The notes beneath the pieces were generated by a model. It saw only the letters and a list, made by a program, of their open reading frames with translations. It did not search any database and was not told where the DNA came from. The translations under genes and the position numbers were made by a program. Shown piece after piece: positions 52,837 to 62,071 of a DNA stretch of 64,000 nt; the first letter of the stretch is position 1; each line of letters begins with the position of its first letter. The DNA comes from an uncultured Candidatus Rokubacteria bacterium. Lineage in GTDB: Bacteria; Methylomirabilota; Methylomirabilia; Rokubacteriales; CSP1-6. Location: the NCBI GenBank assembly GCA_963771355.1, contig CAVYTA010000007.1, positions 224,001 to 288,000 of the forward strand, in the 5' to 3' direction.

Positions 52837-53580
52837 ATGGATTTGAGGCGACGGGGACTGCTATTGGGGAGCGGACTCTTGCTGCTTGCCCCCCGCCGGG
52901 CCTGGAGCCAGGGCGCGCTCGAGCGCGAGCACGCCCCGCGGCTCGCCATGCCGATCCTGGCCGAGGATTCGGCGGCGGTGCCGCTCGAGGTCTCGGTGGA
53001 GCACCCCATGGAGCCCGATCACTTCATCCGCTCCATCGAGGTCACGCTCGACAAGGACCCCGTGCCCTGGAAGGGCAAGTTCCTCTTCACCCCCGGCAAT
53101 GGCCGCGCCTGGGCGGCCTTCACCATGCGCTCGGGCGCCGGCGGCCTGGTGCGCGCGGTGGCGGAGTGCTCGCGGCACGGGAAGTTCACCGCCACGCGCG
53201 AGGTCCGGGTGGCCGAGGGCGGCTGCGCCACCGCGGCGCCGGTGGACCGGGCCCGCATGGGGAACCCGCAGCTGCGGCTGCCCGGCTCGCTCCGGCCGGG
53301 GCAGGTCGTCGAGGTCAAGACCAAGGTGGACCACGACTCGCAGACCGGGCTCGCGCTCAAGGGTGGGAAACACGTGCGCGAGGCGCCGGAGTTCTTCATC
53401 AAGGAGATGCTCGTCTATCTCGATGCCGAGAAGATCAGCGAGTTCCAGATGGGCTCGGCCATCAGCGCCAATCCGTTGATCCGCTTCCCCCTCAAGATCA
53501 CGAGGAGCGGCACCGTCCGGGTGGTGTTCGTGAACAGCGAGGGTCAGCGCTGGGAGGCTTCCCAGCCCGTCCGTGTCTAG
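52837..53580 (+). CDS. Tat-exported SoxY-like domain carrying SOR-type metal ligands, fused to SoxZ
   Basis: RRRGLL Tat; EHAP, HPMEPDHFI, CSRHG; VRVAEGGC; SoxZ-like VDHDSQTG, ISANP. Confidence 0.8.
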   Translation: MDLRRRGLLLGSGLLLLAPRRAWSQGALEREHAPRLAMPILAEDSAAVPLEVSVEHPMEPDHFIRSIEVTLDKDPVPWKGKFLFTPGNGRAWAAFTMRSGAGGLVRAVAECSRHGKFTATREVRVAEGGCATAAPVDRARMGNPQLRLPGSLRPGQVVEVKTKVDHDSQTGLALKGGKHVREAPEFFIKEMLVYLDAEKISEFQMGSAISANPLIRFPLKITRSGTVRVVFVNSEGQRWEASQPVRV

Positions 53581-53595
53581 CGGGGAACGCCGGTC

Positions 53596-54804
53596 TCAGG
53601 GTTGCTTGCCCAGCGCGATGGCGCCCAGCGCGGCCAGGCGGTCGATCTCCCCGCGGTCGAGACCGAGCTCGCCCAGGACCTCCGCGGTGTGCTGCCCCAG
53701 GAGCGGCGCGGGCCGCGAGATGCGCGCGGGCGTGCCGCCGGCGCGGACCGGGAAGCCCACCATGCGCACGGTGCCGTAGCCCGGCTGCTCCATCTCCGCC
53801 ACCATTCCCAGGTGGCGAACCTGCGGATCCTCGAACACCTCGTCGAACTCGTAGATCGGGCCCGCCGCGATCTGCGCCTTCTCGAAGCGCGCCACCCACT
53901 CGGCGGTCGACTGGCCCGCGAGCACGGTCTCCACCCGCGCCTTCATCTCGGCGTGGTGGGCGAGTCGCTCCAGATTGGTGGCGAAGCGGGGAGCGGTGCG
54001 GAGCACCTCGTCGCCGAGCACGCCGCAGAAGCGCTCCCACTGGTCGGGGCTCAGGAGCACCACGTTGAGGTAGCCGTCGCCCGTCCGGTAGGCTTCCGCG
54101 GGGGTGAGGTTCGGATTCCGGTTACCCTCGCGGCGGGGCCGCTGGCCGGAGTCGAAATAGTGCGCGACGGGATCGGGCAGCATCGCGATGGTCGAGGCGA
54201 GGAGGTTCACGTCGAGGTGCTGGCCGCGGCCGGAGCGCGCGCGGTGCACGAGAGCGGCCTGGACCATGCCGAAGGTGAGGAAGGACGCGGCGAGGTCGGA
54301 GATGGAGCCGCCGGCGCGGGTGGGCGGATCGCCGGGATGGCCGGTGAGCGCCATGATGCCGGCCATGCCCTGGGCGATGAGGTTGTAGCCCGGCCGGCGC
54401 GCGAGCGGCCCATCCTGGCCGAAGCCGGTGACGGACGCGTACACGATGCCGGGATTGGCCGCGCTCACCGCCGCGTACCCGAGGCCCTGGCGCTCCGCCA
54501 CCCCGGGCAGGAAGTTCTCGATGAGCACGTCGGCGCGCCGGGCCAGCGCGAAGGCGACGCGGCGTCCCTCCGGGTGGGCGAGGTCCACCGCGATGCCGCG
54601 CTTGCTGCGATTGACCGCGGCGAAGGCCGCGCTCATACTGCCGTCGCCGCGGATGGCGCGGAAGTCGTCGCCGCGCCCGGGCCGCTCGAGCTTGATCACG
54701 TCCGCACCGAGATCGCCCATGAGCATGGCACTGTAGGGACCGGCGATGACACGCGAGCAGTCGAGGACACGCAGGCCCTCGAGCATGGCGGGGCGGTCGG
54801 TCAT
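53596..54804 (-). CDS. Class III CoA-transferase (CaiB/BaiF)
   Basis: LEGLRVLD, AGPY, NRSKR, ENFLPG, ISD, APLLGQHT. Confidence 0.94.
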   Translation of the reverse strand: MTDRPAMLEGLRVLDCSRVIAGPYSAMLMGDLGADVIKLERPGRGDDFRAIRGDGSMSAAFAAVNRSKRGIAVDLAHPEGRRVAFALARRADVLIENFLPGVAERQGLGYAAVSAANPGIVYASVTGFGQDGPLARRPGYNLIAQGMAGIMALTGHPGDPPTRAGGSISDLAASFLTFGMVQAALVHRARSGRGQHLDVNLLASTIAMLPDPVAHYFDSGQRPRREGNRNPNLTPAEAYRTGDGYLNVVLLSPDQWERFCGVLGDEVLRTAPRFATNLERLAHHAEMKARVETVLAGQSTAEWVARFEKAQIAAGPIYEFDEVFEDPQVRHLGMVAEMEQPGYGTVRMVGFPVRAGGTPARISRPAPLLGQHTAEVLGELGLDRGEIDRLAALGAIALGKQP

Positions 54805-54926
54805 GGCGGTGTCATCGTGTTAGCAGCGCCGTCCCGGCAAGTCAAGTCCAGGGAACCGGCGGGCCGCCACCCCCGTTTTCATGGGCGGTATCGTCTGCTT
54901 CCCTTCACCCCAATCCAGGAGGCCAC

Positions 54927-55766
54927 ATGTTCAACCCGCTCAGCCGGCGAGAAGTGCTCCGCTTCGGCGCGTACACCACCGTTGGAGGGGTGCTCACCCC
55001 GGGGATCTCGATGGCGCAGGCCATCGTCACCGACAGCAAGGGCCTGGTCACTCGCGACGTGACGCTCACCGTCGGCGGCGTCGCCATTCCCGCCTACGAG
55101 GCGCGGCCCGAGGCGGCGGGGCGGTACCCGGTGGTCGTCGCCATCTCCGGATTCACCGGGAACAGCGAGCATCACAAGGACGTCGTGCGCCGGCTCGCCC
55201 TGGCCGGCTACTACGCGATCGCGCCGGAGCTCTACCATCGGGAAGGCGGAATGCAAGGGAAGGACTTCGCCGAGATGGGTAAGATCGCGGGCTCGGTGAC
55301 GCGCGCCCAGTACCTCGGCGATATCCGCGCCGCCGCCGACTTCGCCCGCGGGCAGTCGTGGGCCCGCGCGGACCGACTGGGTGTCACCGGCTTTTGCGGC
55401 GGCGGCGCCCTCACGCTGCACACCGCGGCGGAGTATCCTGGGGTCTCCGCGGCGGCGCCGTGGTACGGCCATGTCAAGCGGGTCTATCGGGACGCGCCCG
55501 GTGTCGACGCATTCAGCCTCATCGATCGCATCACCATGCCGGTGCTGGGCCTCTACGGGGACGCCGACCCGGGTATCCCCTCGGACGACGTGAAGCGCTT
55601 CGAGTCCGAGCTCCGGAAGCGGAACCCGAACGTCGAGTTCGTCCTCTACCCCGGCGCGCCGCATGCCTTCTTCTCGGACGACCGGCCGCAGGTCTACAAG
55701 AAGGAGGCGTCGGAGGACGCCTGGAAGCGGCTCCTCGCGTTCTTCGGCCAGCACCTTCGGGCCTGA
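54927..55766 (+). CDS. Dienelactone hydrolase family protein with Tat signal
   Basis: SRREVL, GFCGGG, YPGAPHAF; AGGAGG SD. Confidence 0.92.
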   Translation: MFNPLSRREVLRFGAYTTVGGVLTPGISMAQAIVTDSKGLVTRDVTLTVGGVAIPAYEARPEAAGRYPVVVAISGFTGNSEHHKDVVRRLALAGYYAIAPELYHREGGMQGKDFAEMGKIAGSVTRAQYLGDIRAAADFARGQSWARADRLGVTGFCGGGALTLHTAAEYPGVSAAAPWYGHVKRVYRDAPGVDAFSLIDRITMPVLGLYGDADPGIPSDDVKRFESELRKRNPNVEFVLYPGAPHAFFSDDRPQVYKKEASEDAWKRLLAFFGQHLRA

Positions 55767-55784
55767 TCGGGCGCTCCCGCCGGC

Positions 55785-55828
55785 CTGCGCTCCGGAGGTC
55801 CTGGGCGATCTCCGGAGCGCAGATATTT
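55785..55828 (+). terminator. Hairpin, probable terminator
   Basis: 13-bp inverted repeat CTGCGCTCCGGAG/CTCCGGAGCGCAG followed by ATATTT. Confidence 0.6.
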
Positions 55829-55958
55829 CGCCTCCCAGAACTATCGCCCATTGCCATTCTTGGCAGTGTGTCCGCACGAACTGTCAGTTCTTCCGCCTGA
55901 TCGTGGGCTGACGGTTCCTTTTTCCCTGTATTTTCGGCGACTTCTTCATCTCTCCCGG

Positions 55959-55973
55959 TGGCACGGTTGTTGC
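55959..55973 (+). promoter_or_regulatory. Sigma54 (-24/-12) promoter
   Basis: Exact TGGCACG-N4-TTGC, 70 nt upstream of the GGDEF start. Confidence 0.8.
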
Positions 55974-56043
55974 GGTGTCGACGGACCGCGCCCGCTTGTG
56001 AGGGGGCGCACGCACACGAACCGCGCGGGAGCGCGCAGGAGCC

Positions 56044-57033
56044 ATGGACCAGGATCTGGATCGCGAGGTCGCCTTCGTCGGGCAGCGGGTCAAGCAGAAG
56101 ATCTGCATTGCCCTGACGCTCTCGTCCGTCATCCCGCTCCTCATCCTGACGTACGCGATCTATGCCAATGTCTTCCCCCACCTGGATCCCGCCACCAGCC
56201 ATCGCGACCTGCTGTGGTTCGAGGCGCTGGTCATCTTCACCGGGCTCCTCATGGCGGCGGGCGGCTTCGTGGTGTGGGACCTCGCCAGCGCGGTGGCGCG
56301 CACGGCGGAGATGGTCACGGAGGCGCAGCGCGTGGAGACCTTCAGCGCCGTCCGGCACGACGAAGTGGGGACCTTGATGAACTCCTTCTCCCGCATGCTC
56401 GCGACCATCGAGGACCAGGCGGGCGAGATCAACCAGTTCGCCCAGCGGCTCGAGGGCGCCTACAAGGAGCTCGAGTTCACCAACGCCCGACTCAAGGAGT
56501 TCTCCTTCAAGGACGACGTGACCGGCCTCTACAACCGGCGGTTCTTCACCATCCGCCTCGAGGAAGAGGCGTCCCGCTTCCGCCGCTTCAACCACCCGGT
56601 GTCGGTGGTGCTGCTCGACCTCGACGGGTTCAAGCGGATCAACGATGAGCTGGGTCACGGGGCGGGGGACGACACCCTCCGCGTGATGGCGGACCTGCTG
56701 CTCAAGTACTCGCGGGGCATCAACGTCATCTGCCGCTGGGGCGGCGACGAGTTCGCGGTGCTCCTGGTGGAGACGACCAAGGCGGGGGCCCAGCTCTATG
56801 CCGAGCGCCTGCGCCAGGTCCTCGCCGCGTATCCGTTCGCGCACGGGCGCCAGATCACGGCCAGCTTCGGAATCGCCGCCCTCCCCGAAGACGTGGCGCC
56901 CAGCTCGGAGGACATCATCCAGGCCGCCGACGAGGCTCTCTACTCGGCGAAGCGGTCCGGCAGGAACCGGGTCTGCATGTTCGAGGACATCGCGGCCGCG
57001 CCTCGTGTCGAGCCCGAGGTGGAGCGAGTTTGA
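56044..57033 (+). CDS. Membrane diguanylate cyclase
   Basis: 2 TM, HAMP-like DEVG.L..SF, D..TGLYNRR, DLDGFK, RWGGDEF; no RxxD I-site (RGIN). Confidence 0.93.
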   Translation: MDQDLDREVAFVGQRVKQKICIALTLSSVIPLLILTYAIYANVFPHLDPATSHRDLLWFEALVIFTGLLMAAGGFVVWDLASAVARTAEMVTEAQRVETFSAVRHDEVGTLMNSFSRMLATIEDQAGEINQFAQRLEGAYKELEFTNARLKEFSFKDDVTGLYNRRFFTIRLEEEASRFRRFNHPVSVVLLDLDGFKRINDELGHGAGDDTLRVMADLLLKYSRGINVICRWGGDEFAVLLVETTKAGAQLYAERLRQVLAAYPFAHGRQITASFGIAALPEDVAPSSEDIIQAADEALYSAKRSGRNRVCMFEDIAAAPRVEPEVERV

Positions 57034-58091
57034 GCCAGGCCGCCCATCCCCGCGGCGTCCTGATCGTCGACGACGACCGCCACATCCGCGACATCCTGCG
57101 TGAGCTCTTCCTCTCCAGCGGGTACGACGCGCGGGTGGCCGCCGACGGCAAGGAGGGGCTGGAGGTCTTCGACGCCGACCGGCCGCTCCTCACCGTGACC
57201 GACGTGCACATGCCGGTCATGGACGGGGTGGAGCTCCTCAAGAAGGCCCGCGCCCTCGACCCCGACGCCGCTTTCCTCGTCCTCACCGGCGTGGCCAACG
57301 TCCAGACCGCGGTGGAGAGCCTGAAGTTCGGGGCCTTCGACTTCATCATGAAGCCGGTTCACATGGACGAGATGCTCATCGCCGCCGAGCGCGCGCTGCA
57401 GCACCGGCAGCTCCTCATCGAGCGGCGGGAGCACCACGTCACCCTGGAGCGGAAGGTGGAGGAGGCCACGCGCGAGCTGGAATCCACCTTGCGCGAGCTG
57501 GAAAATACCTACCGGACCACGCTGGAGGCGCTCGGCTCGGCCATCGACACCCGCGACCTCGGTACCCACGCCCATTCCCGCCGCGTGCGCGGCTACTCAC
57601 TGACGCTGGCGCAGGCCCACGGCTTTCCCGCCGCCGGGCTGCGCGACCTCGAGCACGGCGTGCTCCTTCACGACATCGGAAAGATCGGCATCCCCGACGC
57701 CATCCTGCTCAAGCCGGGGCCGCTCACCCCGGCGGAGTGGAAGATCATGAGGACGCACCCCGAGATCGGACGGCAGCTCGTCGAGCAGGTGCCGTTCCTC
57801 CGTGGCGCGGTGCCCATCGTCTACCATCACCACGAGCGCTGGGACGGCACCGGCTACCCGCTGGGGCTCAAGGGGGACGACATCCCGCTGGGCGCGCGCA
57901 TCTTCGCGCTGGCGGACGCGTTCGACGCCATGACCTTCGACCGCCCGTACTCCCAGGCCATCCCGCTGGAGGACGCGCGGCGCGAGATCCAGCGGTCCGC
58001 GGGCACCCACTTCGACCCGCGCGTGGTGGAGACCTTCCTCCGCCTCCCGCTCGAGGTCTTCGAGACCATCCGCAGACAGTCGGTCGAGTAG
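57030..58091 (+). CDS. REC + HD-GYP phosphodiesterase (RpfG-like)
   Basis: IVDDD, DVHMP, HSRRV, HDIGK, HHERWDGTGYP; TTGA overlap. Confidence 0.93.
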   Translation: MSQAAHPRGVLIVDDDRHIRDILRELFLSSGYDARVAADGKEGLEVFDADRPLLTVTDVHMPVMDGVELLKKARALDPDAAFLVLTGVANVQTAVESLKFGAFDFIMKPVHMDEMLIAAERALQHRQLLIERREHHVTLERKVEEATRELESTLRELENTYRTTLEALGSAIDTRDLGTHAHSRRVRGYSLTLAQAHGFPAAGLRDLEHGVLLHDIGKIGIPDAILLKPGPLTPAEWKIMRTHPEIGRQLVEQVPFLRGAVPIVYHHHERWDGTGYPLGLKGDDIPLGARIFALADAFDAMTFDRPYSQAIPLEDARREIQRSAGTHFDPRVVETFLRLPLEVFETIRRQSVE

Positions 58092-58174
58092 TTCCGCCCT
58101 TCCCGGACCCCGCTCCCCCTCCCGATCGGTGCGGAATCTAGACTCCCCTGGACGCGTTGGGGTAGGATGCCGCA

Positions 58175-58411
58175 ATGCCTCGCTACCTCTTCATCGTGGC
58201 GAAGGACCATCCCGAGCTCTGCGGGCATCTGGCGCGCGAGTTCATGGGCGAGGCCGGGGTGGAGGTCGTGCTCGACCGTCGCCGCGCGGACCGAGGCCGG
58301 CGAGGCCTCGAGGATACCGACGAAGATCGGCGTGGCACGGAGCGGCGCTCGCATCCGTCCATCCAGCAGGAGCTGGCCGCGCTCAACTTCGCGCTCATCC
58401 GCGCGGAGTGA
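58175..58411 (+). CDS. Small hypothetical protein with DRR/ERR repeats
   Basis: VVLDRRRADR..EDRRGTERR; GC3-rich codons; TAGGAT 6 nt upstream. Confidence 0.7.
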   Translation: MPRYLFIVAKDHPELCGHLAREFMGEAGVEVVLDRRRADRGRRGLEDTDEDRRGTERRSHPSIQQELAALNFALIRAE

Positions 58412-58462
58412 GCGCGGGCACGCACCGGCGGCGCCGTCCGGCCGCCGCGGAGGACTGAGACG

Positions 58463-59524
58463 GTGCGGCCCATCGACGCGATCCTCGACACCGCCATCGC
58501 CCTCAACGCGACCGACATCCATCTTCAGGCGGGACTGCCGCCGGTCTACCGGGTCCAGAAGCGACTCGTCCAGAAGGGCGGCGCCCGGCTCGGCCCTCAG
58601 GAGACGGAGGAGCTGGTCTTCTCGCTGATGACCGACCAGCAGAAGCGGATCTTCCGCGAGAAGCTCGATCACGACTTCTCCTGCGCGGTGCCGGGCCGGG
58701 CGCGCTTCCGGGTCAACGCCTTCCGGCAGCGCGACTCGGTGGCGGCGGCCCTGCGGCGCATCCCCTTCGAGATCCCGTCCTTCGAGAGCCTGGGCCTGCC
58801 CGCCAGCATGGCGGATCTCGCCCAGCTGCGGCGCGGCTTCGTGCTCATCACCGGCGCGGCGGGGCATGGGAAGTCGACCACCCTCGCCGCCCTCATCGAT
58901 CGGATCAACAGCGAGCGGCAGGTCCACGTGGTGACCATCGAGGATCCGATCGAGTACCTCTTCGTCCACAAGCAGAGCGTGGTGGTGCAGCGGGAGCTCG
59001 GCACCGACGTGGAGAGCTTCGCGGGCGGCCTCCGCGCCGCCCTCCGCGAGGATCCCGACGTGGTCCTCGTGGGCGAGATGCGCGACTTCCAGACCATCGA
59101 GGCCGCGCTGACCGCGGCGGAGACTGGCCACCTGGTCTTCAGCACGCTGCACACCAAGACGCCCGCCCAGGCCATCGACCGGATCGTGGATGTGTTCCCG
59201 CCGCACCAGCAAGGGCAGGTCCGCGTGCAGCTCGCGAACGTGCTCCACGCCGTCGTGACCCAGCAGCTCCTCGTGCGGAAGGACGGCGAGGGGCTGGTGG
59301 TGGCGGTGGAGCAGCTCATGGCGAACCCCGCGGTGTGCAACCTCATCCGGCAGGGCAAGACCTTCCAGTTGCCCTCGCTCATCCAGACCGGCGCCGCGGC
59401 GGGGATGGTGACGATGGAGCAATCGCTGAAGTCGCTGTGCGAGCGTGGCCTGGTCACCTACGAGGAGGCCCTGGAGCACGCCTTCGACGCGCACGAGCTC
59501 GCGCGTCTCATGGGACGCAGCTAG
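58463..59524 (+). CDS. pilT: PilT/PilU-family type IV pilus retraction ATPase
   Basis: GAAGHGKST, TIEDPIE, LREDPD, GEMRD, ETGHLV.STLH, AVCNLIRQ. Confidence 0.9.
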   Translation: MRPIDAILDTAIALNATDIHLQAGLPPVYRVQKRLVQKGGARLGPQETEELVFSLMTDQQKRIFREKLDHDFSCAVPGRARFRVNAFRQRDSVAAALRRIPFEIPSFESLGLPASMADLAQLRRGFVLITGAAGHGKSTTLAALIDRINSERQVHVVTIEDPIEYLFVHKQSVVVQRELGTDVESFAGGLRAALREDPDVVLVGEMRDFQTIEAALTAAETGHLVFSTLHTKTPAQAIDRIVDVFPPHQQGQVRVQLANVLHAVVTQQLLVRKDGEGLVVAVEQLMANPAVCNLIRQGKTFQLPSLIQTGAAAGMVTMEQSLKSLCERGLVTYEEALEHAFDAHELARLMGRS

Positions 59525-59554
59525 ACGCTCGGCCATCGCGCGCTTTCCCTCCTG

Positions 59555-61357
59555 GTGGCGCTGGCGGCGATGGCGCCGTTCCTGCCCGTGCTGGGCGCCG
59601 GCTTCGTCAACTGGGACGACGAGGCGCTGCTCGTCGCGGAGACCGGCTACCGGGCGCCGGGGGCTCTGCGCTGGGCGCTGGCCTCCACCGCCATGGGCCA
59701 CTGGAGCCCGCTCGCCTGGCTCTCCTTCGCCCTCGACTACCGGCTCGGCGGCCTCGATCCCCGCGTCTTTCACGCCACCAGCCTGACGTTGCATGGGCTC
59801 AACGCCGCCCTCTTCTATGGCCTGGCCCGGCGGCTCCTGGCCGCCGCCGGGCCGGAGCGCGCTGACCCGGTTCAGGCCTGGGGCGCCGCGCTCGCGGCGC
59901 TCGTCTTCGCCGTGCACCCGCTGCGGGCGGAGCCGGTGGCCTGGATCTCGGACCGTCGTGACCTGCTCTGTACGGCATTTCTGCTGCTGGCGCTCATCGC
60001 CTATGTTCGGGGCGTGCGCGCGGGGGGGCCGCTCGCGCCCGGCTGGGGGCTCGCGTCGCTGGCGGCCTTTGCGGGGGCGCTCGGCTCGAAAGGCATCGCC
60101 GTGGTGCTTCCGCTCCTCCTCCTCGTCCTCGACTGGTATCCGCTGGGCCGCGCCGGGCGAGGCTGGCGCGCGCTCGTGCGCGAGAAAGCTTCGTACGTGG
60201 CGGTGGCCCTAGCGGGCGCCGTCGTCACGTGGCTGGCGGTGTGGGCCGATGCCGCGCCCCTCGGCTATCGAGAGTACGGTCCCCTGGCACGCCTCGCGTT
60301 GGCGGGGCACGCGGCCTGGCAATTGCTCGTGCGGCACCTGTGGCCCGTCGGGCTCTCCCCGCTCTACGAGCTGCCCGCCGAAGTGCGGCTCCTGACCCCC
60401 CGCTTCCTGGTTCCGTTACTCGCCGTGGGCGCGCTCACCGCCACGCTGGTCCAGCTCCGTCACCGCTGGCCCGCCGGTCTCGCCGCCTGGCTGGCCTCGC
60501 TCATCGCGTTGGCCCCGGTGAGCGGCATCGTGCTGGCGGGCCGGCACGTGGGGGCCGATCGCTATACCTATCTGGCGGGTCTGGGACTGGCGCTTCTCGC
60601 CGGCGGGGGCGGGGTCCATCTCGTCGCGCGCCGATCCCCGACGGCGCGCCGGATCGCCGGCGTCGCCGCGGCGCTGCTTCTGGTGGGGCTGGGATCCCTC
60701 GCGTGGCAACAGACCCTTCACTGGCGCGACTCGGAGCGCCTGTGGCGTCGGGCGGTGGCGGTGGAGCCCGACTGCGCGTCCTGCCTCAACAACCTGGGCC
60801 GTGCCCTCATGCGCGCGGACAGCCGGCGGCCGGCCCGGGACGCCGAGGCGGAGGTGCTGTTCCGGCGGGCGCTCACGCTGCGACCGGATCAGCCCGGCCC
60901 CTATCTCAATCTGGGCGCGCTGCTCGTCGGCCTGGGACGGCATGGCGAGGCCGAGACCGTGTTCCGCGAGATCGCGAGACGCTGGCCGGCCCTGGCGGAC
61001 GGCCCCGCCGGCCTGGCGGCGGTGAGCCGCGCGCGCGGCGACGAGGTCGCGGCCGCGGCGCTGCTGCGACAGGCGCTCGTGCTGGATCCCGGTTTCACCG
61101 GGGCCCGGGTGGAGCTGGGCCGGCTGCTGAACAATCGCGGGGTCGCCGCCGCGCGGGCCGGCCGTCTCCGGGAGTCGGCCGCCTTGCTCCGGGAGTCGGT
61201 GGGGCTGCTCCGGGCCGACCCCGAGCCATTGCGCAATCTTCGACAGGTGCTTCGCGCCCTCCGCGCCGCGGGCGACGAGACGGCGGCGCTGCGCGAGCTC
61301 GAGGCCCTCCGCGCCCTGGATCCGGCGCTGGCCGAGTCGGCCGGGCGGGAGCTTTAA
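59555..61357 (+). CDS. TMTC-like GT-C glycosyltransferase with TPRs
   Basis: FVNWDD, FAVHPLRAEPVAWIS.R.D, SK, ADRYTY, WRDSE.LW, TPR tail. Confidence 0.85.
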   Translation: MALAAMAPFLPVLGAGFVNWDDEALLVAETGYRAPGALRWALASTAMGHWSPLAWLSFALDYRLGGLDPRVFHATSLTLHGLNAALFYGLARRLLAAAGPERADPVQAWGAALAALVFAVHPLRAEPVAWISDRRDLLCTAFLLLALIAYVRGVRAGGPLAPGWGLASLAAFAGALGSKGIAVVLPLLLLVLDWYPLGRAGRGWRALVREKASYVAVALAGAVVTWLAVWADAAPLGYREYGPLARLALAGHAAWQLLVRHLWPVGLSPLYELPAEVRLLTPRFLVPLLAVGALTATLVQLRHRWPAGLAAWLASLIALAPVSGIVLAGRHVGADRYTYLAGLGLALLAGGGGVHLVARRSPTARRIAGVAAALLLVGLGSLAWQQTLHWRDSERLWRRAVAVEPDCASCLNNLGRALMRADSRRPARDAEAEVLFRRALTLRPDQPGPYLNLGALLVGLGRHGEAETVFREIARRWPALADGPAGLAAVSRARGDEVAAAALLRQALVLDPGFTGARVELGRLLNNRGVAAARAGRLRESAALLRESVGLLRADPEPLRNLRQVLRALRAAGDETAALRELEALRALDPALAESAGREL

Positions 61358-61476
61358 GGGGCCTCTTGTGTTCATCCGGGTTTCCTGATACGGAAAGCCC
61401 AGGCTGGCGCCCGCACCGGCTCCCCACGAGCTCGAGAACAACCGGCGGCACCCGGAACCCCCAAGGAGACCTAGCC

Positions 61477-61863
61477 ATGGCTCAGGTGAAGCAGCTCACC
61501 CTGACCGCGCTATCCAAGCCCGGGGTGCTCGCCAGGATCTGCGGGGTGCTCTCGGACGCTGGGGTCAACCTGGTGGCCATCTGCGCGGCGGATGGCGATG
61601 GCCGCAGCAAGCTCCGGATGCTGGTCTCCGACCCCGCCCGGGCCAAGCAGGCGCTGGCGGCCGCCAAGATCCGGTGCGGCGAGGAGCCCGCCCTGCTGCT
61701 CACCCTGGACGACAAGCCGGGGAGCCTCGGGCGCGTGGTCGCGCGCCTGGCCGCGGCGAAGATCAACATCAAGTGCACCTACGCCACCACCGGGGGCGGC
61801 GGCACCGCCCAGGTCGTCCTCGTCGTCCCCAATCCGGACAAGGCGGAACGGGCCCTGGCCTGA
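61477..61863 (+). CDS. Tandem ACT-domain protein
   Basis: SKPGVLA..AGVNL and DKPGSLG..AKINI; AAGGAG SD. Confidence 0.88.
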   Translation: MAQVKQLTLTALSKPGVLARICGVLSDAGVNLVAICAADGDGRSKLRMLVSDPARAKQALAAAKIRCGEEPALLLTLDDKPGSLGRVVARLAAAKINIKCTYATTGGGGTAQVVLVVPNPDKAERALA

Positions 61864-61867
61864 GACC

Positions 61868-62065
61868 GTGCGACTGAAGCGAGAGGACGTCGAGCGGATG
61901 ATGTCGGAGCGCCCGGCGGGCACCGCTCTCGAGGAGGCGCTGGAGGTGTTCGAGGTGTTCGCCAGCGGGACCCTGGCCGATGAGGTCTACATTCTCGACG
62001 ATGTGAGCGGCAAGCGCATCGCCATCGCGCCGGCGGCGCTGAAGGCGAAGTACAGAAAGGAGTGA
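61868..62065 (+). CDS. Small hypothetical protein
   Basis: 65-aa ORF with GC3-rich codons, tightly packed between neighbours. Confidence 0.65.
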   Translation: MRLKREDVERMMSERPAGTALEEALEVFEVFASGTLADEVYILDDVSGKRIAIAPAALKAKYRKE

Positions 62066-62071
62066 CCCCCC

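Noticed and set aside
52837..53580. Evidence for a Sox thiosulfate-oxidation pathway
   Set aside because: No soxA/X/B/C/D in the window, and the GGC is internal rather than a terminal GGCGG
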